64,000 nt of DNA from Paraspadella gotoi (taxonomy: Eukaryota; Animalia; Chaetognatha): contig CM119265.1 in NCBI GenBank assembly GCA_051294375.1, positions 9,496,339 to 9,560,338 on the forward strand, in the 5' to 3' direction. The translations under genes were made by a program, and so were the position numbers. Position 1 is the first letter of the stretch; every line of letters begins with the position of its first letter. The notes below the pieces were generated by a model. The model was not told where the DNA came from, searched no databases, and worked only from the letters and a program-made list of their open reading frames with translations. Of this stretch, positions 37,701-49,600 are shown one piece after another.

Positions 37701-40700
37701 AAGGGGATGAAAAATAAAGAGCAAACGATTTTAAAAATTTGTGAAGACAACCACGCGTTGTCTTCAATGACGTCTTTGTCATGACACGTTTGATAAAATC
37801 GACTCGCCTTCAAAATCCTCTCCTTTTCCTTCAACTCGGTCGTCAACTTCAACGCGGCGCCTTCCTTCTCCTCGATGTCTCTCTCCAGCGCATCCATTGT
37901 TTCTTCCGTTGCCATGAGGAGGGCGTTGGCCTTTTCGCCCTCTCGTTCGCGTTCACGAAGTTGGCGGCGTATTGCGCGGGTCTCTTCCTCTTTCTCTTCT
38001 AGGGACGCAAACTTCTCAGCCAGAGCATCCTGATCCCGTTTTAAAATCGTAATAATTTAAAGAATGACACAAGCGCACAAAAGCTAGCAAAAGAATATAA
38101 AACATTTTTTTTGTCCATTGGTTTCACCTCCACAGCTTTGTCCCGATCCTTCAAGCGTTCCTTCAATTTGTTTATCGTCTCCATCTGCTTCGAGGGTGTC
38201 CCACCACCTCCACCCGCCCCCTCCGCCAGCGCCGAAGCCTCCGCAAAATCCGCGAGGCTGTCGTCTCGATCCTTGAGGCTCCGCGACAATTTGTTGATGA
38301 GTCGATCTTTGTTGGTCGACTCTCGTTGCGCTTCTTCGAGGAGCGTCTGGTATCATGACACGGGAAGGAAAGACGGTTATTAAGAACTTAAGGGAGATTG
38401 AAATTTCTAATTGACTAACAAAAGCGATTCTATGGCTAATTGTGAACTAAATATATAATATATTCCGCTTAATACTTAATACGAATTTCCGCAATTTGCG
38501 AGAGGAAAAAAAAAATTTTCTCCGTTTTACCAAGGAAATTCTGAGGAAGAATTAATGGTCGTTTCACCTGGAAATGCTGTTGTGTCGCGTCGGCTCTGTC
38601 ATTGGCCTTTTGTTTTTCGTTTCGAAGTTCTTCCCTCATATCCTTTATTAATTTAGTATCGGATGGCGTCGCGTGATTTTTTTTTATTAGCGTTGGGTTA
38701 CAGTGAGACGTCGAGGGGGTGGCGCCAATGGTGCGTCGGTGGGGGATTAGTATTTTGGGTTCGAAACAAAAGAGCAAAACGAGTGATTTACAATACCAAA
38801 TTACGAGTGATAGAACAACCAAATAAAAATCTGCTGTCGTGACAGATTCGGTGGATTTCTAATACCGAATGAAGATTAACGCCACTTTTAAGTTAATGGA
38901 AATTTAAAATTTCGCAGTTATCGTTGTTATCCTTTACGAAAACGGGTAGAAAGCAAGCAAATTTTGTCACCGCAATAGCGTTTAAAATATCTAACCAATG
39001 GCTATCAACACTTGTGTCTGACCTGCACTTGAAGGTCCGTTTCTCGCAGTCGCTCTTCCAAACTGTCCAATTGTTCGTTCAAATTTACCAATTCCTTTTC
39101 TTTTCTTTCATTGGACTTATGCAGTCGCTAAAACGATAAACCGAAAACTATAATAATTATAAATACCAATAAAAATAAATGCTAATAAATTAACTGAAAA
39201 TAACATGCCTCTATCTCAAGCTTCTTGTCCCTGAGAAAGTCCTCCAACTCCTGCGTCCTAATCTGTCTGTCCGACTTGTCCCTCGCCTCCGCGTCCTTGT
39301 CCCTTTGCATCCGGCTCTGCATCGACGCCATCTGCTCAGCAAGGAGCCGCTTTTCTTCCGCTGCCTCTTCGATCGTGGTTTGGAGATCCTTGATCTGGCG
39401 GAAATGAAGTGAAAAAAGTGAACTGACCTCCATTTCACTTTCGTTAATTCAACACCTTACCTCCCTCTCCCGCTCGTGCACGAGTTTTGACAATCCCTGG
39501 ATGGCCTTGTGCCCCTTAGCGGCTGCCTCCTTGTCCGAGGCGACCTGGGTTTCCATCTTATCGTTGGCGGCGGTCAACTCCTCGCGCTCTTTGTCCCTCT
39601 GGCGGAGCTTCTCGTCGGCGGCTTCGAGGGCGGCGCGACGATCGGCCAACTCCGCCTTTAGCTCGGCCACGCGGTTCTCGAGGCTCCGCTCGGCCAGCTC
39701 GTGATCCTCGGCGAGCGCCTCCAGTTCTCTAAGCGTGCGCTCGGGCCGTTTGCCCGCCGCGGCGCCGCATTGGCAAAAGTCCAAGCGCTCGCGGGCGACG
39801 CCACCGAGACGCAACTCTTCCGCGACGCGGGCGACGTCGCGCTCAAGGCGTTCCGAATTTGAGGAGGGGGTGGTGCAGGGGACGAGGAGCTCGAGGAGCG
39901 ATGCCTTCCGCTCGAGAAGTTGTAGTTCGGCCTCGTCGAGGAATGCGCCGGAAGGATGGGGCTCGGTGATGTGGGCGCCCGAGTCTTTGTCCGAGTCGGG
40001 GGAAGGGGATAACTGAAAGGGAAAAATGTTATAAGAATTTTAAAAGTGTACTTAAAAACCGAATGAACGTATTTAAATACAACAATCATGATCAATCTAT
40101 TATCACCTCGAGTGTTCGCCTCTTTCCCGCCTCCATGACTTTCGGCGATGTCAACGCAGAGTCGGCGTCGTCGTCCTCGCGCCATCGATCCGCAGCCGAC
40201 GCCGACTCTTCCTCCTCTCGCAACGCCAGTTTCTCGCGCGCCTCCGCCAACGCCAAAGTGGCGCGCTCGGCGTCCTCCGCCATTGCCGCCAACTGCGCCT
40301 CGAGCCGGCTCACCCGCTCATCGGCGTCGAGGGCGAGGCGCGTCTCTAACTCACGGACGCGTTCGTCAGCCTCGCAGGCGCCGGCCGCGCGTGCCTTGGC
40401 GATGTCGGTTTGATGCTGAACGCGGAGGGAGTCCACTGTGGAACTATGTGTTTAAAGAAAGACGACAAAGTTAAAACGTTTAACTTTAATGAAAATTTAA
40501 TAAGCGACAATCTTGGGGTATCTTACGCAGCTTGAGTGAGCAAATCCGCTTTTTCGAGCAAATCCGCCTTTAAAGTCTCCACATCCACCTTCAGCTCGAT
40601 GTTCTGGTTAAGTGAGAACAAAATTAAATATCATTATTTAGTTAAAGAAAAAAACATATCTTTGCGACTATTGCCCCACAACCCAACCGTTTTGATGAGA

Positions 40701-42018
40701 TCTTCCCCGCTGACATCCCATTTCCGCTCCACGCGCTGTTCCAAGTAGTAAATCCGGAGTTTGAGGTTGAAGTTCTCCTTCTTGAAGTCGGCCAACTGCT
40801 GCTCGAAGTCCTTCATTGTGTGCGAGCGGATGGGGGACATTCGCCCCGTCGAGGACTTCGGCATCACTGCAAGTTCACCGGGTAATTGAAAATTACTAAA
40901 GAGAATACGACCGAATGTCACTTTTTAATTAATACGAACCCGGAATGGATCCGTCGTGAAGCTCCAATAGATTTCCGTTGCCCAACGTAATCTCGGCATC
41001 GAGAAGAGAATCGCCGTCCGAGGCCCTGCGTCGGACGGAGAAAAAGCTATTAAATTCGCGAGCAATAAAAAAGTCGATGTTCACACCAGTGGCTAATAAA
41101 TTAACTTAAGGGGGACAGATAAATGTTTTGAGTAGCCCATCGCAACTAATTTTTGTTTGCCAAAAAAATTATCGTAATGTTAATTCATCGTAACATGGAT
41201 GCACTATATAAATATTTCCAATATATTACTTATAAATATTGTGAAGACAAGGCACGCGGAGGGCGCGCGAACGGGGGCTGAAAGGACTAGAAAAGATTGA
41301 CATCCTCGGTAATAAATCGGCGACAGAGTTTTCAACGAGGCAGTTTTCATTCGAAGTTCTTAATTAATTGCGACTCGACGATTGTTTATTATTTAATTCA
41401 TAGTCTTCCTCTTCATCGGCCGTCGAAACGGATTGACCAAAATCGAAAGCGACGGAAAAAAATATTTGCGTTTATGAAAGATCGATGGTTTCTTTCGTTC
41501 ATCGAATCGAGTCAACGATATTTATGCTAAAGAGGCAATAATTGGCTTAGTTTTTTCTTTTACTTTTCAGACTCGAAAAGGTGAGGTAAGGAAAGGTCTC
41601 CCGGGGCAACGGCACAAGATCTACATCAACAAGGAAAAATTCCTTTCGCCAAAACTTGTTTTTCTTTTCACACTGTATAAGCGGAAAAAAAAAACAGAGA
41701 TAATGAAAACAAATCATCTCGCATTAGTCGCTTTGGTCATTTCAAGTCGATTTGATTAACTATCAATTGACGAGATGCCAAAAAAACGAAAAAACGAAAA
41801 ACTCGAGCGCGGGAAAAACGGGAATCGAGAAATGGACGCAATGCACCAAGAGTCCAAGACTGTGAAGAAACGCCCACCGTTCTCGCGGAAATTGCGCAAG
41901 CCGGATGCGTAACTGGGTCATGCGATTTTCAGTCCTTTAAGTCGCACCACCCGAAGTGAAAGACCGCTCGGCACGAAAATCAAATCGAAGATGGGGAGAG
42001 GCAGGCAAAAACCACGAT

Positions 42019-42062
<44 letters not shown>

Positions 42063-42670
42063 AGTAAAAGTAATTACGGTGACAGACTGCGCCGCTCGAA
42101 GGCGCAGTGAACGAGAGCTCGAGGGGAAATACGAGTAGAAAGAATTAGCCGTGAAGAGAAGCGCAGATGGGACGGAGTCGTCGGGAGGAGAACAACGAGA
42201 AAAACTTTCCGTAAGGGGGGGAGTGGGGGGGTGGGGAGTGAGGGAACAGGCTGAGATCACAATGACCACTTTCTCACGAGGAACGAGCATTAAAAGATTA
42301 ACAATTGGAGGAAATACCTCCTTTCGTTAATTTTTTTTATCTCTTGTTCTCGAACTAATTAGAAAAACGAATAAGAAAAAATTAATTCGTCGTGACCCCA
42401 AAAACTAATTAACGGGGTTTCTTCAAAACAAAAAGTATTTTTTTCTCAACTAATGGCAACTGCTACGAGAAAAGTGGGAGTTTTTTCGGCGCAAAATTCC
42501 AAGAAACGTACCCGTATGGGTTTGAAGTCATGCAATGCCGATGAAAAAAATTCAGCGAAATCAAGAAGTCCCATGGGAAATACGGGTACCATGGAAAACG
42601 ACGAATGAAAAAAACAAACAAGGACGAGTCAGAACTCGGGAGTAAAATAGGGAGGTGACAAGAGCGAAAA

Positions 42671-42705
<35 letters not shown>

Positions 42706-43329
42706 ATACTACATAATTCTTATTCGCAAGATATAAAAACTGATACAAGTTTTAGCTCAAAAACGAAAAAACGGGCAAGAATGTTAATTTTAACCACTAT
42801 CGAGTTTTTCAAAATGCTCATTGCCCACTCCCCTTGATACACAATGTCAATATCGAGTATTATTCTCCACGGCTTCCTAATTTTACCCCTCTTAAACCCC
42901 AACGTATTAAACGTCAGAAAAATTGTAATCGTTTTTGACGTCGTGTACATGTCAGCAATGTTCACGATGTTTTTACGAAATTTAATATCGTACGTGACGC
43001 TGGACAAGCCCAAACACATCTTTCGGAAAACGGAATTAAAGCCCCTCAACCCCGCATAATTGGGAGAAAAAAATAGCACGACAGAAAATTTTCAATTGCA
43101 CAATTGATTTAACGAACTTCTGTAATTAAATGTTTTCGGTGAATAATTTTGTTTACATTTTGCCGAAACTCAATAGCAATGACATTCGATATCAAAGACA
43201 AATTGACGACTATTTACCACCCTCATTGAATATTTTTATCTCAACTTTCAGCTCTTGAATTTTCAGGATAGCTATTAACATTACTCACATGCCAGGGTGG
43301 GCTGGATCCTCTCCGACGAAAGAGTCCAT
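22153..43329 (-). CDS. cnn: Centrosomin / CDK5RAP2 / myomegalin (PDE4DIP) family coiled-coil protein, >30 exons
   Basis: First coding exon MDSFVGEDP (43329-43289); CM1 motif TMKDFEQQLADFKKENFNLKLRIYYLEQR (~40820-40730) followed by NIELKVDVETLK; long coiled coils; AVGRVDDFELMKKEV block; C-terminal CM2-like VVKKLSNHYKVLKEARNNLE; stop at 22153-22155. Confidence 0.9.
31668..31711. repeat. (CT)n microsatellite
   Basis: Perfect dinucleotide run. Confidence 0.95.
35318..36288 (+). CDS. IFT22: Intraflagellar transport protein 22 (RABL5), nested antisense in a centrosomin intron; exons ~35318-35433, 35512-35746, 35816-35948, 36019-36136, 36210-36288
   Basis: MLRAKVLILGPPASGKTVLANFLSDATE...YRPTKGVRILEFE...AEVELWDCG...CWP...GIIFVFN...PEELRAAF...EQSIL matches the IFT22/RABL5 pattern. 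Confidence 0.93.
42018..42060. repeat. (GA)n microsatellite
   Basis: Dinucleotide run. Confidence 0.95.
42667..42708. repeat. (AAAT)n microsatellite
   Basis: Tetranucleotide run. Confidence 0.95.
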
Positions 43330-43705
43330 TTTCAATTTCTTTTTGATTCGTTATCTCATATTTATATTAGCAGCTCGGTAAACAAGCGTTTTTGTCAAGT
43401 GCATCGAAGGCAAGATTGATGAATGAAAGGGTTGATTGAGTTTCTGCAACGGTTTTTGAAAGACAGGTTTCGAATCGACGCCGCGAGAGATACGACGACC
43501 ATCTTCAAACAAAAGGTTCCGCCTTCTCCAAAGCCATACCGTTGAGCAGAGATGTTAGGTTCGTAGCCTGTAGAAAAAGAACCAAACTAAATTAACAAGT
43601 ACTTTTTAATACAATTTAAATAAAATGTTATTTTTTTAAAAAAGAAAAAAATAATTATACCACTTAATTTACACAGAAGGGGAATAACTATTATTTTGCC
43701 AATTT

Positions 43706-43741
<36 letters not shown>

Positions 43742-46697
43742 AAATTGTACTATTAACAATTCTTTAATAATTTTTAATCTCTCTTATTAAAAATGAATAA
43801 AAATAACTGTCAAAACTTAAAGGGACCAAGTGACCAGGGGGGTTAAAAAGCTTAAAGCATAACGTTTCATCCTTTAAATTAAGCTGGTTCTGATCATATG
43901 AATCTTTCTTCTATAATTATTTGGGAAAGTAGTTAAAAATATGATGATCAGCTCGCCTAATTTTTTTTAAAAAATCGATAAGAAAATTTTTTTTAAAATA
44001 AGATTTAATTTTAAAAAGTTTTTCAGTTTTATTACAAAAATTAAAAAAAAAAACAACTAAGAATGAATAATAATTTAAAGTATTAACAAAATTTTATTTA
44101 AACTTCTTAAAATAATTTTATTAATTAAATAAAACCTTTTGAAATAATATAAATAAAAAAGGTTCTATACTTTTATTAAATTATTATAATTAAGAATCAA
44201 TATAGTTTATTAATATTTTTAAGGGATAAATATGAATATTAATTAATAATTATTATAGTTTTATTTATATAAAAATAAAATTTAAGTTTAATATTTCTGC
44301 TTTTAATTGCATAAAAATAAAAAAATATTAATCTTATAAAACCTTTGTTTAAAGAAGCTTAAACTTAAAATTTTAACTTGGTAAAATAAAAAATAAAAAT
44401 TTTAAATTGATAAAATATTTTTTATTATAAAAATAAAATATTTAAATAAGGTAAATTAAAATTATATTCATAATTATTAAATTTTTGTTTCAGCTACTTT
44501 CCCTAACTATCATCCTTCAAAGTTCTTTGATAATTGACTCTTAAGCTTATGATATCATTTTTATCACTGGCTTCCCTTAAATCTATACTTTTCCATAAAA
44601 AAATTATCAAAATTCTTTACTTTTTCACTGATATTAAAAAACGTTTATGTCATTTTTCGCAGCTTTAACATTAAAAAAAGTTTGACGAACCCGAATCTAT
44701 TACTTAACAATATTATATCTCACTTTCATTTTAAGCCAAAATGTGTATGATTTTCTATTCCAAAATTTAGCAAGTTTAAAACTGAAAAAATTGGCATTAT
44801 ATTTTTAGAATTAGTTTCAGTTTTCTCAGTTGTACTATCACTTATCACCCGAAATTTACTAACTAGCTGCTTGCCCACTTAATTCAACTAAATGTTTTAA
44901 AAAGTTAAGCAAATAGTTTACAATGGTATAAAATTGACTTATATTTTTTTATCTTATTAGTACTCACACAGTCATGCTCCAAAATCCTTTCAGTTCTGTA
45001 CAAATTACGCTTACAAAACAAAACAAAACCACTTACTTAATATTTAGTTTCGCGTTGTCTTTACAGAAAAACTGGCAAAAAAAGTGGTCCACTACAAAAC
45101 AGGAAGGCGGATTCACCAGAACCGAATCAACTTTGACGCTTGACTCTGTTTTCTAGCCGAAGATCCGGTACACATCCGAGGAACAATTTGTGGTTCTACA
45201 GTTAATCTACTAATCTTGCTCTTTTGCTTTTTTTTGATTCGTACTTTAATTTAATTTAGTGCATATTCGACATATTCAAACATCACTCAGACTTTCAAAA
45301 ACAAAAGCATTTTTGAAAGGGTCCCAGTGACAAGGAGAACCTCAAAATAAAAATGCGTTTACAGATCATGTTTTTAAAGAAAACAAGACGGGACATAAAG
45401 ATCAGTATATAACGTCGAAGTCACGCGAGAAATAAATCATTAGCATTTCCATTTTTATACTCCTTTAAGTTTTTTTTTTTTTTTTTTTTTTTGGCGACTG
45501 GTACTAAGTGGAGGATTCTTATTATCAAAAAGTCGCTATGATAAATAAAAAGAACCCCCTCCTCGACTTTACATAAAATTCAACCTCTCATCGCTCTCTC
45601 TCTCTCTTCGAATCGCAGAGAGGGGGGCAAGAGAGAAATGCGGTTGAATTCAAAACTTGTACTCTAGAAAAGCAAGAGCCAACATGTTCTAATTTCGGCA
45701 GCAGCGAAAAAAATAGTCTCGTTATGTTAAAATTGGGAGTAACGCAGCGAATGAAAAAAGGAAAATTAACACGTATATTATTATTAGGTAAAACAAGCCA
45801 TTCGTCTCTGAATTTAGGTGACTAAATATATAAGTTTGTTGTTGACGACGGAAGAGACTTTATTAAAACTCTGTAGGGTCAGAGAAAGAGCGAGTCGCAT
45901 TGTTGCGCGCTTTTTTTGAGAGAACTCATCAGCAGAAGACATTAAAATATATATCGAAGTTAGAGGGAAAGGTCAGGGAAGGACACATTAGCTATCATCA
46001 ATATCTGTCTTCGGTAAAATACAAACGTTTTTGCAAAGGGAACTTCCATTACGGGGAACACATCGTAAAGGGGGTAACCTTATTTTCTCTTGTCCCAAAG
46101 GTACCGGGGGATATTTAGAACTAAGGGATCCGAACACGATGGAGCAAAATCGATTACCGTTTTGGAGAAAACCAGTAACACCAGAATCTGGGAGAGGTTC
46201 TGCCAGCTGCAGATCGCGTATCATGTAAGTTAGTCGGGGAAGATTCGGAGGAAATTCCCTATTTTAGTAGCATTTAAGCCAACGTCACGAGGGGCGAAGG
46301 TGACGAAGTCTATACAGAATTAATGATCACGAGATAAAAGGGAAAAAAGGGGCAGGTGGGAAGGTTGATTTTTTTCGTTGAAATGTTTCTGTCAGAGCCA
46401 AACTCGGATGCGTGAATAAAAACGCTAGGCGTCTGGTGGAAACTTTTTGCATTGAGAATTTAAAAAAAAAATCATTTTGAGTCGCGGGAGGGGAAAAGGA
46501 AAAAGACGACGAGAGCTTGGAATGGATTGAGAAGATGTTACGAAGCTCCGCAAGAAAAGCAGAAACTCCGGCGTCGAGGTCGGAGATAAAAGGATTAAAG
46601 AATGAATTTGCAGGATAAAGAAACGGAGAGCAGAGAGAAAAGGGAGAGAGCTTTGACGACTCCCATTTTCCATCGCAAACTATAAGTTTTTTGAAAT

Positions 46698-49600
46698 TTA
46701 ACTCCGATCGGGATCGATGAAGTTGGAAGCTGAAACCGTCGTCGCTTCCTCCGTCTCGCCCGTTTCCAGCTTGGTTCCCGCCGTTTCCAAAGCGGAAATG
46801 AGCGTCTCTTGCAGGGTTTCCTGCTTTTCGACCGCTTCGCCCGCGACCCCGGATTCTCTCGCGTTCTGAAGCGGCGTCGATTCTGATGACGGATTTGCCA
46901 TCGAGATCTCGATGGCGGCCTCTTTCGGCTTTTCTTCCGCGCAGGAATCGACCGAGGGCGAGGCCGTCAACGGGGACGCCAACGCAATCGGTTCCGCCAT
47001 CAGGGGCGGAGGATGCGCGGGCGGCGCAGTTATCTGCGTCGTTGAAGATACAGCGACGCTCGGAATCTCGACGGCCATGAGTGGACGCGCCTCTAGCGGT
47101 CGAGGAGCTTCAAGAGGGCGCGGGGATTCGTCGCCGATTGGCGCCGGTGAGTTGGACGTTCCCGAGGAGATTTGAGTCGCGGCGACGCTCTTAAACGGCG
47201 GCGTCGCGGGATCCAAAAAGCGCTGCAAGAAGATAGCAATGGACGATGATCAATATATCTTATAATAATTTTAAACAAACTAACAAGCAAACAAAAACAT
47301 CGGTCAAACCTTTTGTTTGTTAGGGATTGTGTTTCTGCTGTTAGTCCTTGATGGAGGCATTAGCGAAGGGGGATAGTAGCTGCTCGTATTCGGATGAGTT
47401 GGGCCCTGACGAAAAAAAACAAAAAACAAAACAACGAATTAGCTTTCACAATATTTTTCCGACTAAGGTCGGACTCTCTTTCCCAAAAAGCGAATCAAAC
47501 TTACGTGAAACGAGTTGTGATTTCCAGAGGGCGGCATCAACGGCGGAGGCTGGGACATCGATGAGACCGAAATGTTGGGCGGCGGTTGTTGGAGGTGAGT
47601 CAATCCACCTGCGACGGTCGGAGGAGGCCGCTGAATTGGAGTCGGAAATCTGGAGTTGTTCGCGGTAGACGAAGAAGACGGAGTCTGCATCGTGTTCATC
47701 ATTATCGAGGATCTGACAACACCTGCAAAGAATTTAAAGATTAAAGATTTAGTCATATGTATAATTTGTGACCCCTTGTATATTAATATGCGCAACTTTT
47801 TTGTACTGCTTTTCTTAAATGAGATGTAAATGAGATTAAAAGAAGAACAATCGAAATTATATTTATGTGTTAACAAGCAACGATTTATTTGAAAAAGAAG
47901 ATTATGCACAAGTTTCGGCTCTAATTGCGAGAAATAAATTGTATTTTTCATGTTTTAAAAAAAATCAGACAAATATATGCTTTGGAACGAGCTCGTCAGG
48001 CCAAACATGCCAAGTATGAAGGCAAACTACCGGCCGTTGTTGGTTTCAGCCCTTTGGTTGTTACCACCTTTGTGGATCTGGACTCGCTCGCCAAACTCCA
48101 GGCAGCGATGCAGATCTAGACCGGGGCAAAACGTCAATGCACTTCTTTGAGAGATTGGGGACTTGCTTGCTTCCCGAAGACCCGTAAATGAGTTGCCGCC
48201 TGAAATTACTTGACTTTGTCCCCTTATCTCTTTTTTCAAAATTCCTTTTTTGTTCGCTTTTATTTTTAACATCATATTAATTTTTTACAACCATTCCGCA
48301 ATTATTTGTTTGCTTTGTTTTCTTTCAGGAAAAAAAAAATCGTTGTTAGCAAACAAATACTCTACGACTCCCTCAAAATTTATTTAAAAAATTTTAAAAA
48401 ACCTATTTCGTTATTTCTTTCTTTCCGAATAAATTCGAAGGAGAAAATAAGTTTTTGCTTTATAATTATAACTCGATTTGATGACAGCGCCAAATCCGTC
48501 TCACCCGGTATGTGCTGATTGAGGACTTGAGCAGCCCCGAACTTTTGAGGTTGCGAGGTTGGCGAGGCACCGTATCCACTACCGCCCATCTGACTTCCGC
48601 CCGGCGCGCCAAACGGATTCATTTGCTTCGTTTGGTAGACGGCCGCGGCGACCATTGCGTGCTGTTGGTGAATCTGCGTTTGAATGGCGAATGCGGCGGC
48701 GGCGCGCTGACCCGCCGCCACGTCGACCGGAGTCTTGTTGGCGGAAGCCAGGTTGGCCGTCGAAGAGACCAGCGTTGGGTTGTAGGCGCTCGGCTGCGTT
48801 GTCAACGACATGGACAGCGGGCCGCCCATGCCACCGGCTCCCGGTTTGCCGCCGGCCGCAGCTCCGCTCGGAATGCCGAGCGCGGCGGCGGCGGCGATCA
48901 TGGAAGCCATGAACGTGTTATTGGGGGCCCCTTGTGGCGATTGGGATGATTGACCGAAGCCATTCGAGGAAGAATCGAGTAAAGTTCCACCACTGCTGGA
49001 CCCAAGCGGCGGCGTCGGACCGACATTGTTGGCAGCGCTACCGCCATTTAGTGACATGTTGAAATTGGTCATTTGATTGGTCAACGAACCTACGCCGCCG
49101 AGGGAGGTAATCTGGTTGGCCAGGGATCCGGCTGCGCCCAGTGGAGGCGGCGGAATTGAAGAAAACTGCTGAGCGGCAACGGCTGCCTGTTCTGGTGTCA
49201 TATGGTTCGGCGGTTGGATCGGCGGCGGGATGGAGCGCGCGAAAAACCCACCCGATTGGAGCGAGGGAGGAGGAATTTGAGACGGAAACATCGGCGGGTT
49301 GTTCCCGTTTGAGTTGGCCATGTTTGGCGGGGGAAGCTGGGTGGAAGAGGGGCCCGAAGGCAGGAACGAGTTGGAACCCAGCAACTGAGAATTGTTGGCC
49401 GGCGGCGGCGGAGGCGCTTGGTTAAAAGCTCCAAGATGCGGCGCGTTGGGATCGAAAGGCATGTAGACCGAGGGTGGTTTGTTCGACGGCGGCTCCATCT
49501 TCTGCGATTGGATGAATGGATTGGCGTTGGAGTTAAGAGAGTTAGAAGATCCCGGGGGAGTGACTGGCGGCTGTCCAAAGGGCAAAGAAGGACCGCCGAA

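Noticed and set aside
43600-44950. Extremely AT-rich tract (also 53420-54410) suggesting an organellar insertion or special element
   Set aside because: No gene, tRNA or repeat structure seen; the homopolymer-heavy texture fits low-accuracy gap-filled intron sequence.
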